Positions 46,542 through 54,854 of a DNA stretch of 64,000 nucleotides are shown here, one piece after another. The position numbers and the translations under genes were made by a program. The DNA comes from an uncultured archaeon (GTDB taxonomy: Archaea; Aenigmatarchaeota; Aenigmatarchaeia; PWEA01; JAGHBM01), in NCBI GenBank assembly GCA_964584335.1, contig CAZOZN010000002.1, positions 8,025 through 72,024 of the forward strand, written 5' to 3'. Each line of letters opens with the position of its first letter. The stretch's first letter is position 1. A model generated the notes under the pieces. It made no database searches. It saw only the letters and a program-made list of their open reading frames with translations, and was not told where the DNA came from.

Positions 46542-47628
46542 ATGAAGCGCTTCCGCTGCCCGATCCTATTGGACCAATTCCAGGATCTTCTGTCAGGTCG
46601 CTCAAAGTCTGGTCACATTCTTCAGGTGGATTTGTAAATGCTGAACATATTGTGTTCTTTATTGCCTCTGCAGATCTACCGACGCTTACAGTTTTTCCAT
46701 TTACAACGAAAGTAGGAGAACCTCTAACACCGTACTCCTCATTCAAATCACTTTCTACTGGGAACTGAGGAAATCTTCCTCCTGACCAGGTATTTTCATC
46801 ATTGTAAAGACCTGTTATATTGTATTCATTATCAGTACTTTGTATACAGGTTTCTAGCTTTGATTTATCCACACCTGATTCGCTGATGCAACTTTCATAA
46901 TCATCTGTCTCTACAAAACATCTAAGATAGTCGCTAAACTTATCTTTCTGTTCTTTCTGTATGCAATACATCCTCAAATTCTCATCCAATTCCTCCTTGC
47001 CGTGCATCGCATAATCTACAAAGTTTAACATAACGTCAGCTTTATCGCCTAACAATTCTATAACCGGTATATAAGCCTTCATGAATTGAAGACCGTAAGG
47101 ACAATAAGACATTACAAAAGCCTGCGCCTTGGGTTCATCTGTTTTTGGAATATCTTCCTGTTGCTGTTGTTCCTCTTGCTGCTGTTCTTCCAAAGCCATC
47201 TCAACTTCAGTAATATTCACTGCTTGAGGGAAAAATATCTCCGCATTCTTTGTAACATAAGAATCAACGTTCTGTGTCTGTGAACCGCTTTTTACTTCAA
47301 TAACTACTTTGTAAAGCCCTAGTTCTTCTTTTACTTCCTTAACGCTTATTTCTACTCCCGGACCAACCATATTTTCCTGTACAAAAGATAAGGCTCTATC
47401 TGACGCGTCTTCAGGGCTTAAGGCTCCCTCGAAATCATCACCGCCAACTATGTTAGAACCACTGCCAATTCCCGTGGCCAATACAATGGCGAGTATTACA
47501 CATAGAGCAACAGAAGCTATTGAAACAGACTTCCATACGCTTTTTACGTACTTCTGTTCCGATTTTGTTTCCTTTTTGTCTTTAAAATTGTCCTCTTCGT
47601 GTTTTCCGCTTTTCTTTTCTTCAGACAT
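46525..47628 (-). CDS. Membrane-anchored extracytoplasmic thioredoxin-fold (DsbA-like) protein with a degenerate active site (CPYG, single Cys).
   Basis: N-terminal K/E-rich region then TM (VSIASVALCVILAIVLATGIG); FVMSYCPYGLQF and RGSPTFVVNGK resemble Trx/DsbA motifs; poly-Q/E linker; C-terminal GSGSGSASS. Confidence 0.4.
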   Translation of the reverse strand: MSEEKKSGKHEEDNFKDKKETKSEQKYVKSVWKSVSIASVALCVILAIVLATGIGSGSNIVGGDDFEGALSPEDASDRALSFVQENMVGPGVEISVKEVKEELGLYKVVIEVKSGSQTQNVDSYVTKNAEIFFPQAVNITEVEMALEEQQQEEQQQQEDIPKTDEPKAQAFVMSYCPYGLQFMKAYIPVIELLGDKADVMLNFVDYAMHGKEELDENLRMYCIQKEQKDKFSDYLRCFVETDDYESCISESGVDKSKLETCIQSTDNEYNITGLYNDENTWSGGRFPQFPVESDLNEEYGVRGSPTFVVNGKTVSVGRSAEAIKNTICSAFTNPPEECDQTLSDLTEDPGIGPIGSGSGSASSTGGC

Positions 47629-47688
47629 AAACCATATTAATAGCGTAATATATTTAAATGTTAAAAATGACCATTTAATTTTGATATA

Positions 47689-48837
47689 ATGAAATCAAGT
47701 ATGATACTTTGCAGGTTTGGAGAGAGTGTGCTTAAAGCGGATTATACAAGAAGATATTTCGAAAACAAGCTTTTATCAAACATATCAAAAGAATTTAAGA
47801 AAAAAGATATAGAGTTTTCAGTAAAAAGGGAACCGGGGAGACTTTTCATAAAGACAAAAAAAATAGATAAATCGTGCGATATACTAAAAAAGACATTCGG
47901 CATTACAAGTGTTTCTCCAGTAAAGGAAATTAAAATAAAAAGCGATATAGAGAAGATTGTAAAATACTCGGAGAAAATAGCAAGAGATTTAATCAAAAAA
48001 GACAATACTTTCGCAGTAAGGGCAAGAAGAACAGGTAATGATGCATTTACAAGCAAGATGATAGAAAGGAAGGTAGGTTCCAGGATAATAGAAAAAACTG
48101 GTGCGAAGGTGGACCTTGATAAACCGGATAAAATACTATATATTGAAGTAAGACAAAACAAAGCCTATTTTTTTACAGAAAGAATAAAATGTCCGGGAGG
48201 TCTTCCTTTAGGAACACAAGGGAATGTGGTAGTTCTTTTTTCGGGCGGAATAGACTCGGCGGTAGCTTCCTGGATGTTAATGAAAAGAGGATGTAGGATA
48301 TTCCCTCTGTATATAGACCCTTCTCCTTATGTAGAAGGCAAAAAAAGTTTAATCAGAGCAGAAAAGGTCTTGGAAGATTTAAAAAAGTGGTCTGTTGGTC
48401 AAAATATTGAACTGAAAAAAGTAAAAACTGGTAAAATAATGGATTGTTTTACAGAAAAATGCAAGCTTAATCTTACATGCTTGTTATGTAAGAGACTTAT
48501 GTACAGAATAGCTGAAATTTTTTGCAAAAAGAAAAAAGCGAAAGCAATAGTGACTGGAGAAAACTTGGGACAGGTTGCATCTCAAACACTTGACAACATA
48601 AACGTTTTAAATCAGGCCGTTTCACTCCCTATTCTAAGACCACTTATAGGTATGGACAAAACAGAAATAATAAAAATTGCAAGAAATATAGGAACATACG
48701 ACTCATCTACAATAAAAACTTCCGGTTGTTCTGCAGTTCCAGAATCTCCGAGAACAAAAGGCAGGATAGAAGAAGTTTTAAAAGAAGAAGAAAAAATAGA
48801 CATTAAAAAAAAGATGGAAGAATTATTAAAAATGTAA
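47689..48837 (+). CDS. thiI: tRNA 4-thiouridine synthase / sulfurtransferase ThiI (THUMP plus PP-loop).
   Basis: PP-loop VVVLFSGGIDSAVASWMLMKRGCRIFPLYID; N-terminal ferredoxin-like/THUMP region. Confidence 0.8.
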   Translation: MKSSMILCRFGESVLKADYTRRYFENKLLSNISKEFKKKDIEFSVKREPGRLFIKTKKIDKSCDILKKTFGITSVSPVKEIKIKSDIEKIVKYSEKIARDLIKKDNTFAVRARRTGNDAFTSKMIERKVGSRIIEKTGAKVDLDKPDKILYIEVRQNKAYFFTERIKCPGGLPLGTQGNVVVLFSGGIDSAVASWMLMKRGCRIFPLYIDPSPYVEGKKSLIRAEKVLEDLKKWSVGQNIELKKVKTGKIMDCFTEKCKLNLTCLLCKRLMYRIAEIFCKKKKAKAIVTGENLGQVASQTLDNINVLNQAVSLPILRPLIGMDKTEIIKIARNIGTYDSSTIKTSGCSAVPESPRTKGRIEEVLKEEEKIDIKKKMEELLKM

Positions 48838-48869
48838 ACTTTTTAATATAACAAAAAACAATCTAACAT

Positions 48870-49268
48870 GTGTGTGTTATGGGTGTTAAAATACCTAATT
48901 CTGAACTAGTAAAAAGAATTATCTTTTATTCAATGAAAAAAAGGGGTGTAATACATTCACAAGATGAATTATCAGAGATTGTGAAGAGAGAACTAAAAAA
49001 AATAAACAAAAAATTTACAATAACCCCGCACAGGGTAAGAAAAATTGCACTTCAGATAGAAAATATGGAAATAAAGGTTAAAACAAAAAAAAGCAAGAAA
49101 AGCAAACCAAAAAAATGTCCTGTTTGTGAAAACAAGTTAAAGCCAATATATGCAAAAAATCTTCTCAACAAAAGAATAACTGTTGGTTTTAGGTGTAAAG
49201 TTTGTGGTTATCACGCCGACGAAAAATTTTTTGCGCCAATGAAGTATGAATTCAAGTTAATCAATTAA
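48870..49268 (+). CDS. Hypothetical protein with C-terminal zinc ribbon (CPVC...CKVCG).
   Basis: 132 aa; K-rich linker then C-x2-C-x~30-C-x2-C. Confidence 0.35.
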   Translation: MCVMGVKIPNSELVKRIIFYSMKKRGVIHSQDELSEIVKRELKKINKKFTITPHRVRKIALQIENMEIKVKTKKSKKSKPKKCPVCENKLKPIYAKNLLNKRITVGFRCKVCGYHADEKFFAPMKYEFKLIN

Positions 49269-50169
49269 TAGTATTCAATAATTCGCAAGCCTTACACACA
49301 GAACGAGAAGTTGGTTCACCGCACTTTGAGCAATACCTTATCTCTGAAGAATTCTTAAAATTTTTCTCTATCGGAGGTATTATCTTGTCCATATGCCTGA
49401 TTATATTATGTTTTGTACCGGGGTATTTTTCTTCAATTTCATTTAAAAATTTTTTTACGTCAAATCTGACGCTTTCTTTAGAATTCGGGCAGTGTGAATG
49501 GTAAAATTCTATACCATTAAGATAGCAATAAAGAGCGCTTTCTTTTTCCGGTATCTCCCTAAGAGGCTTTATCCTAGTAACAAAACCTTTCTTCTTGGTG
49601 GGCGGTTTTGGTCCAAGCCTTATAAGCCTGCCTACATCACCCTTTAGATTGTTTATTAAAAAACTTTGTATCTCGTCGTCTAAGTTATGCCCTGTTGCTA
49701 GTTTTGTAGCACCCATTTCTCTTGCTTTCTTGTTTATTATAAACCTTCTTAAAACTCCGCAGTATGTGCAGGCACGGGCATCTATTTTAACAATATCATC
49801 CATATTCTTTCCAAATTCTTCCCTGAAAGAACATACAGTCAATTCAACACCTATCATATTTGATAATTTTTTTAGAGATTTTATGCTTATATCCCTATAA
49901 CCCTTTATACCCTCGTCAATTGTAATTGCATTTACCTTTATGTCAGGCCTTTTTCCGAAGATTTTTTTAATTAAATAAAGAGTAAGAGATGAATCCTTAC
50001 CTCCAGAAACGGCAACAAAAATATTATCATTCTTTACTATAAGATTATTTTTTCTTATGGTCGCCTTTACTTTTGATTCAAGCTGTTTTGAAAAATGACT
50101 TTTACACCAAGCCCTGCCCTCGTACTTTCTATAAATTACTGCATCATTTCCACAGGAATAACACCTCAT
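49261..50169 (-). CDS. PP-loop ATPase of the TtuA/NcsA (Ncs6/Ctu1-like) tRNA 2-thiolation family.
   Basis: N-terminal CxxC Zn finger (CYSCGNDA...WCKSH), PP-loop VAVSGGKDSS, central CTYCG, C-terminal CSKCG...CKAC; ~300 aa. Confidence 0.8.
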   Translation of the reverse strand: MRCYSCGNDAVIYRKYEGRAWCKSHFSKQLESKVKATIRKNNLIVKNDNIFVAVSGGKDSSLTLYLIKKIFGKRPDIKVNAITIDEGIKGYRDISIKSLKKLSNMIGVELTVCSFREEFGKNMDDIVKIDARACTYCGVLRRFIINKKAREMGATKLATGHNLDDEIQSFLINNLKGDVGRLIRLGPKPPTKKKGFVTRIKPLREIPEKESALYCYLNGIEFYHSHCPNSKESVRFDVKKFLNEIEEKYPGTKHNIIRHMDKIIPPIEKNFKNSSEIRYCSKCGEPTSRSVCKACELLNTIN

Positions 50170-50771
50170 CTTTCACCATCCCATTCTGCAAAGAACTCTT
50201 CCAAAAAATCTCTCATGTACTTGTCTCTTTCCTCTGCCATTCTAATTGCAGTATTAGTATTCAGACTGTCTTTTATTTTTAGAAGTTTTTCATAGAAATG
50301 ATTTATAGCAGTATCACTTTCTCCGGTATAAACATCAGATATCTCCTTGCCTGGTATATGAACAGGCCTGTTCTTACAGCCAGTGTAAACCATGGTCCTG
50401 ACTATCCCCATAGCACCAAGAACGTCAAGTCTGTCGGCATCCTGAAGTATTTTTGCTTCCAAAGTGTCTACTTTCTTTCCCTTGCTAAATCTATGATTTT
50501 TTATACAGTAAACAACTTTTTCCCTCTTTTCATAATCAGAAAGTAGTTTTTCTGCTATCCTAGAGCTGACTATTTCATGATTCTTTCTATCCTCGTATAT
50601 TCCAACATCATGTAAAAGCGCGGCAAGCTTGAGAACTTCCATATCTGCACCTTCCTTCTCGCCTATCTTAACACAAAGATTGTAAACTCTTTGTACATGG
50701 TCCCATCCATGTGCAATATCATTTTTATCCATATATTTCTTGGCAATTTTGCTTATCTCTTTTAAATCCAT
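50166..50771 (-). CDS. HD-domain metal-dependent phosphohydrolase (ORF-track GTG start at 50780; ATG 50771 equally possible).
   Basis: H..HV (HGWDHVQRV), LLHDVG (HD motif), ...DADRLDVLG (distal D). Confidence 0.7.
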   Translation of the reverse strand: MDLKEISKIAKKYMDKNDIAHGWDHVQRVYNLCVKIGEKEGADMEVLKLAALLHDVGIYEDRKNHEIVSSRIAEKLLSDYEKREKVVYCIKNHRFSKGKKVDTLEAKILQDADRLDVLGAMGIVRTMVYTGCKNRPVHIPGKEISDVYTGESDTAINHFYEKLLKIKDSLNTNTAIRMAEERDKYMRDFLEEFFAEWDGER

Positions 50772-50772
50772 T

Positions 50773-50970
50773 CTAACCACGCGAAATTATTTCTATTACC
50801 TCAATATCATCTTTATCTCTTAATTTTTCTTCAACGGGAACAAACAATCCGTTTCTTTTTACTAAAACAGATTCTGTTATTATTCCCATCTCTTTAAGAA
50901 GTTCTTCTATAGTATCTTTCTCAGTCTTAAATTTTTTGGTTTTGTTTTTAATTTTAACTTTAATAATCAT
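50773..50970 (-). CDS. ThiS/MoaD-like beta-grasp small protein (sulfur-carrier-like) ending in -SRG rather than -GG.
   Basis: 65 aa; ...VLVKRNGLFVPVEEKLRDKDDIEVIEIISRG* follows the ThiS/MoaD pattern (vNG..vp...L.dGDeIeii..vsGG) except for the terminal dipeptide. Confidence 0.5.
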   Translation of the reverse strand: MIIKVKIKNKTKKFKTEKDTIEELLKEMGIITESVLVKRNGLFVPVEEKLRDKDDIEVIEIISRG

Positions 50971-51029
50971 ATTATTTATAGAAAGAGGAGACTTTTATGT
51001 ATTGCTCCAAAAAATACATTATATTAAAT

Positions 51030-51190
51030 GCTGAGGTGGGAGAGCGGTTTAATCCGGTTGGCTCGAGACCAACTGCATCTTTGATGCACGCAGGTTCAAA
51101 ACAGACCCTTTAGAAAAGTGTCTGTACTTCCAAAAATGTTTGGAAATCTACGATTTCCCAATTGGAACGAGAATCCTGCCCTCAGCGCCA
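51030..51190 (+). tRNA. tRNA-Ser(CGA) with a ~73-nt intron in the T-loop (about 59/60).
   Basis: Acceptor GCTGAGG/CCTCAGC, discriminator G, CCA; class-II D-arm GGA-GAGCGGTTTAA-TCC; anticodon stem GTTGG, loop CTCGAGA, CCAAC; variable hairpin TGCATC-TTTG-ATGCA; T-stem GCAGG; T-loop TTCAAA(A) interrupted by 51102-51174 before CCTGC. Confidence 0.7.
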
Positions 51191-51204
51191 AAAAAGGTTT
51201 TAAA

Positions 51205-51636
51205 ATGAGAAAAACTCCAAAAGTCACAGTAGACATAATTTTAGAGAAGGAAGACAAGATAATACTAGTAAAAAGAGGTATAGAGCCTTGGAAAGGTAAG
51301 CTTGCCTTGCCGGGTGGTCATGTAGAATACGAAGAAAACGTTGAAAATGCAGCAATAAGAGAAACAAAAGAAGAAACAAACCTTAATGTAGAAGTTAAAG
51401 ACATACTTGGAGTATACTCAGAATCAAAGAGGGACCCAAGATACCATGCAATATCAACAGTATTCATAGGTAAAATTATCAATGGTAATTTAGAAGCAGG
51501 TTCTGATGCGAATGATGCAAATTTTTACAATATAAAAAAAATTAAAAAAGAAGATATGTCATTTGACCATTGGAAAATAATAAAAGACTATTTAAAATGG
51601 AAAGAAAATAAAGGCACATATTGGTCTTCGAAATAA
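51205..51636 (+). CDS. NUDIX hydrolase. Start taken at ATG 51205; the ORF-track start 51118 lies inside the tRNA.
   Basis: NUDIX box GGHVEYEENVENAAIRETKEETNL (G-x5-E-x7-REUxEExGU). Confidence 0.75.
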   Translation: MRKTPKVTVDIILEKEDKIILVKRGIEPWKGKLALPGGHVEYEENVENAAIRETKEETNLNVEVKDILGVYSESKRDPRYHAISTVFIGKIINGNLEAGSDANDANFYNIKKIKKEDMSFDHWKIIKDYLKWKENKGTYWSSK

Positions 51637-51666
51637 ATTTAAGTATGCTTTTATAAAATTGTCTTT

Positions 51667-51867
51667 ATGAAGTGTCCAAACAAAGAAATAAACCTTGAAG
51701 AATGTAACTGCAGTTACCCCGGTTGCAGCAGAAAGGGCATTTGCTGTGAGTGTATAAGATACCATAGAAAAATGAGAGAAATCCCAGCATGTTTGTTTCC
51801 AGACGATGTAGAAAAAACATTTGACAGGTCAATAGACAAATTTATTGAGACGCAAAAGCGATGGTAG
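51667..51867 (+). CDS. Small Cys-rich (putative metal-binding) protein; its 3' end overlaps the tRNA-Gly 5' end by 10 nt.
   Basis: 66 aa; [21 protein letters not shown] cluster of 7 Cys plus His. Confidence 0.3.
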   Translation: MKCPNKEINLEECNCSYPGCSRKGICCECIRYHRKMREIPACLFPDDVEKTFDRSIDKFIETQKRW

Positions 51868-51931
51868 TCTAATGGTAGGACACCACCCTGCCACGGTGGT
51901 AATCCGGGTTCAAATCCCGGCCTTCGCACCA
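51858..51931 (+). tRNA. tRNA-Gly(GCC), no intron.
   Basis: Acceptor GCGATGG/CCTTCGC (one T-T mismatch), A, CCA; D-arm GTCT-AATGGTA-GGAC; anticodon stem CCACC, loop CTGCCAC, GGTGG; T-arm CCGGG-TTCAAAT-CCCGG. Confidence 0.8.
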
Positions 51932-51947
51932 ATATAATATTCTGGTT

Positions 51948-52412
51948 TTGTTTATGTTCACTAAAAAAATTTATTCTGCTTGGGAAGAAAAACAGATTGA
52001 AAAATACAAAGAAATGAGAGATTTGATTCCCAAAGATTTTAATCTGGCATTGGACGTCGGTGTAGGTCCCGGTTGGTTTGAAGAATTCTTTGGTATGAAT
52101 ATCCTGGGAATTGACATTGACAAAAACTCTGCTGCTGATATAATAGCAAGCGGTGATTTTATTCCAATCAGGGAAAATTCCTTTGATTTTGTTATATGTT
52201 TGGATACTATTCATTTGGTTGGAGGAGAAGAAATTAAAAGAGTTCTTAAGCCCCGGGGTTACTTGTTATTATCACACTTCATAAACAAAGACAACGAAAA
52301 CGAGATAGAAAAAAAGCTTTTAAATATGTTCAAAGAATTTAAATTACTGAAAAGAAAAATAGTAGGTAACAAAGAAAAAGACCTTGCAATTTTGTTTGGG
52401 CCTGTGGTCTAG
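51948..52412 (+). CDS. Small class-I SAM-dependent methyltransferase; its last 15 nt overlap the downstream tRNA.
   Basis: Motif I ALDVGVGPGWF; acidic residue after beta2 (LGIDID); motif-IV-like FDFVICLD. Confidence 0.6.
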   Translation: MFMFTKKIYSAWEEKQIEKYKEMRDLIPKDFNLALDVGVGPGWFEEFFGMNILGIDIDKNSAADIIASGDFIPIRENSFDFVICLDTIHLVGGEEIKRVLKPRGYLLLSHFINKDNENEIEKKLLNMFKEFKLLKRKIVGNKEKDLAILFGPVV

Positions 52413-52571
52413 TGGCTATAGATTGACGTGCATTTTTGTGCGTTTCAGCCAGGACGCCACCTTGACGTAAGCTTTTGCAAAAAGCTTAAGCAAAATAAAA
52501 GCTTTCAAAATGGTGGATATCCCCGGTTCGAGAAAGACCCTTAAGGAAAGAGAATCCGGGCGGGCCCACCA
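52398..52571 (+). tRNA. Intron-rich tRNA (174 nt), apparently three introns: D-arm/anticodon junction, anticodon loop, T-loop. Candidate identity tRNA-Val(GAC).
   Basis: Acceptor GGGCCTG/CGGGCCC (one G-U), A, CCA; D-arm GTCT-AGTGGCTAT-AGAT; candidate anticodon stem CCACC (52449-52453)/GGTGG (52512-52516) with loop start TTGACG; duplicated TTGACGT at 52424-52430 and 52456-52462; T-stem CCCGG; T-loop TTCGA interrupted by ~22 nt before CCGGG. Confidence 0.5.
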
Positions 52572-52581
52572 CTTCTTTTTA

Positions 52582-53790
52582 CTAGAACTTTAGCTTAAAT
52601 GAATATATTAAAAGAGCTAGAGAAATAAAAGAACCGAGTAGAAAAACATACCTTAAGCCAAAAAAATCCGCTATTAATCCAGCCACTATAGGGCTTATGC
52701 CCCTGCCTAAATTGCTTAATGAGCCAATCATTCCTGTCATTTCACCGATGTTCTTTTTTGGCATGAGCTCAGTAGTCCTGCCCAGCAGAGGAGGTAATAC
52801 AACAGAAAATCCTAAAAATGAAAGAAGAAAAGCAATTAAAAAAAGAAAAGCTAAATTTTCAACAAAAAACATAAGAAAGAAAAAAACAAAAGAGAAAAAC
52901 AAACCCTTCATTAGAATAATTCTCTTTCCAAACTTATCAGCTAAAACAGAAAAATATCCTTCAGATAAGCGGGGTAAGAAAAATAAGGAAAAAAGCAACC
53001 CGATTTGAATCGGAGTCGCGCCTAGTTTACTAGAAAAAAGAGGCAAAAGCATAAACAAAAAGGATATGCAAAAATATATAAAAAATGAAAGTACCGAGAA
53101 TTTTATCAATTCTTTGTTTTTTGAAAAATCTATAATTTCCTTCTTGAATATCTTATCCTTTATTATAATTTCTTTAGTGGAAGACCAAAAACCCTTTATT
53201 TTTTTATCCTTTATTGAAAAAGATACCAACAAGCCGAAAAAAGAAAAAACAGTTATAAACCATATAATAGAGAAACCAAATTTCATGAACAAGAAACCAC
53301 TCAAAGCAGAACCTATAACCAGAGATAATACCCAGCTTATATCAAAAAAACCTAAAGATTCTGATGTTTTCTTTTTTGGAGAATGCTGTCTTACAAGTGC
53401 CTCAGTATTAAGCCATATGGAAGATGATAAAAAAGAGTGATAGAATCTAAAAAGAACGAAATGTAAAAAATTCTTTAGTGAAAGCAATATATAACCCATA
53501 GGAAGATAGAGAAAAAGAGTAATTATTATCATAAACCTTTTTGAAACCTTGTCTGATAGTTCCCCCAAAGGCAAGAACCAAAAAAAACAGAGAATATAAA
53601 CAAGACCCATTATTATACCTATTTCTGTATAATTGCTCAGTATGCTATCTAAATATAATGGGAAAAAAGGACTTACTATAGACCATCCCAGATAATAAAC
53701 AAAAATCAAAAAACCAATAATTTTCACAGAACTAGGCAGACTAGAAAGTTCAGAGAATACAGAAATTAATTTTATGTGCCTGTGTCTCAT
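52582..53790 (-). CDS. Major facilitator superfamily (MFS) transporter.
   Basis: 402 aa, ~12 TM helices in two 6-TM halves; MFS-like loop motifs (GxLaDrxGrR-like LSDKVSKRF). Confidence 0.7.
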   Translation of the reverse strand: MRHRHIKLISVFSELSSLPSSVKIIGFLIFVYYLGWSIVSPFFPLYLDSILSNYTEIGIIMGLVYILCFFWFLPLGELSDKVSKRFMIIITLFLYLPMGYILLSLKNFLHFVLFRFYHSFLSSSIWLNTEALVRQHSPKKKTSESLGFFDISWVLSLVIGSALSGFLFMKFGFSIIWFITVFSFFGLLVSFSIKDKKIKGFWSSTKEIIIKDKIFKKEIIDFSKNKELIKFSVLSFFIYFCISFLFMLLPLFSSKLGATPIQIGLLFSLFFLPRLSEGYFSVLADKFGKRIILMKGLFFSFVFFFLMFFVENLAFLFLIAFLLSFLGFSVVLPPLLGRTTELMPKKNIGEMTGMIGSLSNLGRGISPIVAGLIADFFGLRYVFLLGSFISLALLIYSFKLKF

Positions 53791-53892
53791 AAGATAACTG
53801 GGTTTTTAATCAAATAAATAAGTCAAAGAATATTTCTCAGAATATACCTAAAGCTAGATAATAAAAATATAAGAAAAGGAAAATTGGGGGTT

Positions 53893-54840
53893 TTAAGGTG
53901 ATTCTGCTCCTTCTACTGTTACTGTTGTGTGTACGTCTTCAAAGTATCCGTATCTTAACGTAACTGTTACTGGTATGTCTGTCCTTGTGCTGAAATCTTT
54001 AGGATCTAAGTCACAACTGTACGTGAAAGATTGTCCTCTTCTAAGTGTCTGGTCTGTTGGAGTATCGTATGCATCACAATCTGAACCTGAAGCACCGTCA
54101 ACTCCATCCGCATTTATTTCCAATTCAATTATATCCATTTCATCAGATGTTATGTCCAAAGTGCTCATATCATGGTCAGGGTCTATCAGACTTCCTCTCT
54201 CAAGCAAATCAACTGTTATCCTAAAATCTATTGTATCGTCTGCTGGATCGTCCACTACTACTGGTGTTCTTGCAACAATTTCAACAGCAAGAGGACCTTT
54301 TGTTACTTCTGTAGTTACTGGTGGTAAATTTAGCATGTTTCTTTCTCTTAGTCTCTTGTATTCTTCCTTTGTCAAAACTGGTATGGTTGCAGATGCAATC
54401 GTTTCATAATTATACATTAATCTTGCTCTGGGGGTGTACTTGAATACAACTCCCTCTGGTATTCCCGTTGGAGTCTGTAATTCCCATTCAACATCAGCTA
54501 TCTCTCCTGGAATGTCTGCAAGTGTATCAGGCTGTTCAAGCTCTGCTGCAACTTCCTGTGAAAAGTCAGTTGTTCCTGGGTCCCATACGTCCTCATCTAT
54601 ATCATATAAATGAGCCCATACGTCTTCTGCCATAGAACCTCCGACATTTTCGACTTCCATATACAATTCAACATCTTCATTTTCAGATTCATAGTCAGGG
54701 AAGTCAGAGCTGAACTCGTGTATTACAACTCCACCAGCGGTGCTTGTTATTTGTTCATTTCCCATTATTCCTTCTAATCCTACACATCCGCTGGAAAATA
54801 AAACGGTTGCAACCAAGACCAATATTAAAGCTTTTTTCAT
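53893..54840 (-). CDS. Secreted lipobox-bearing protein (signal peptide ...LFSSGC), CARDB-like; paralogue of 54855-55739 and 56567-57547.
   Basis: MKKALILVLVATVLFSSGC; VELYMEVENVGGSMAED beta-sandwich-like; shared EEYKRLRER motif with paralogues. Confidence 0.5.
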   Translation of the reverse strand: MKKALILVLVATVLFSSGCVGLEGIMGNEQITSTAGGVVIHEFSSDFPDYESENEDVELYMEVENVGGSMAEDVWAHLYDIDEDVWDPGTTDFSQEVAAELEQPDTLADIPGEIADVEWELQTPTGIPEGVVFKYTPRARLMYNYETIASATIPVLTKEEYKRLRERNMLNLPPVTTEVTKGPLAVEIVARTPVVVDDPADDTIDFRITVDLLERGSLIDPDHDMSTLDITSDEMDIIELEINADGVDGASGSDCDAYDTPTDQTLRRGQSFTYSCDLDPKDFSTRTDIPVTVTLRYGYFEDVHTTVTVEGAESP

Positions 54841-54854
54841 TATATTATTCCTCC

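Noticed and set aside
51714-52214. 166-aa minus-strand ORF.
   Set aside because: It runs antisense across the Cys-rich ORF, tRNA-Gly and the methyltransferase 5' end; no motif or RBS; likely spurious.
53927-54409. 160-aa plus-strand Ser-rich ORF.
   Set aside because: Antisense to the lipobox-protein gene 53893..54840; its composition mirrors that gene's acidic/Thr-rich codons.
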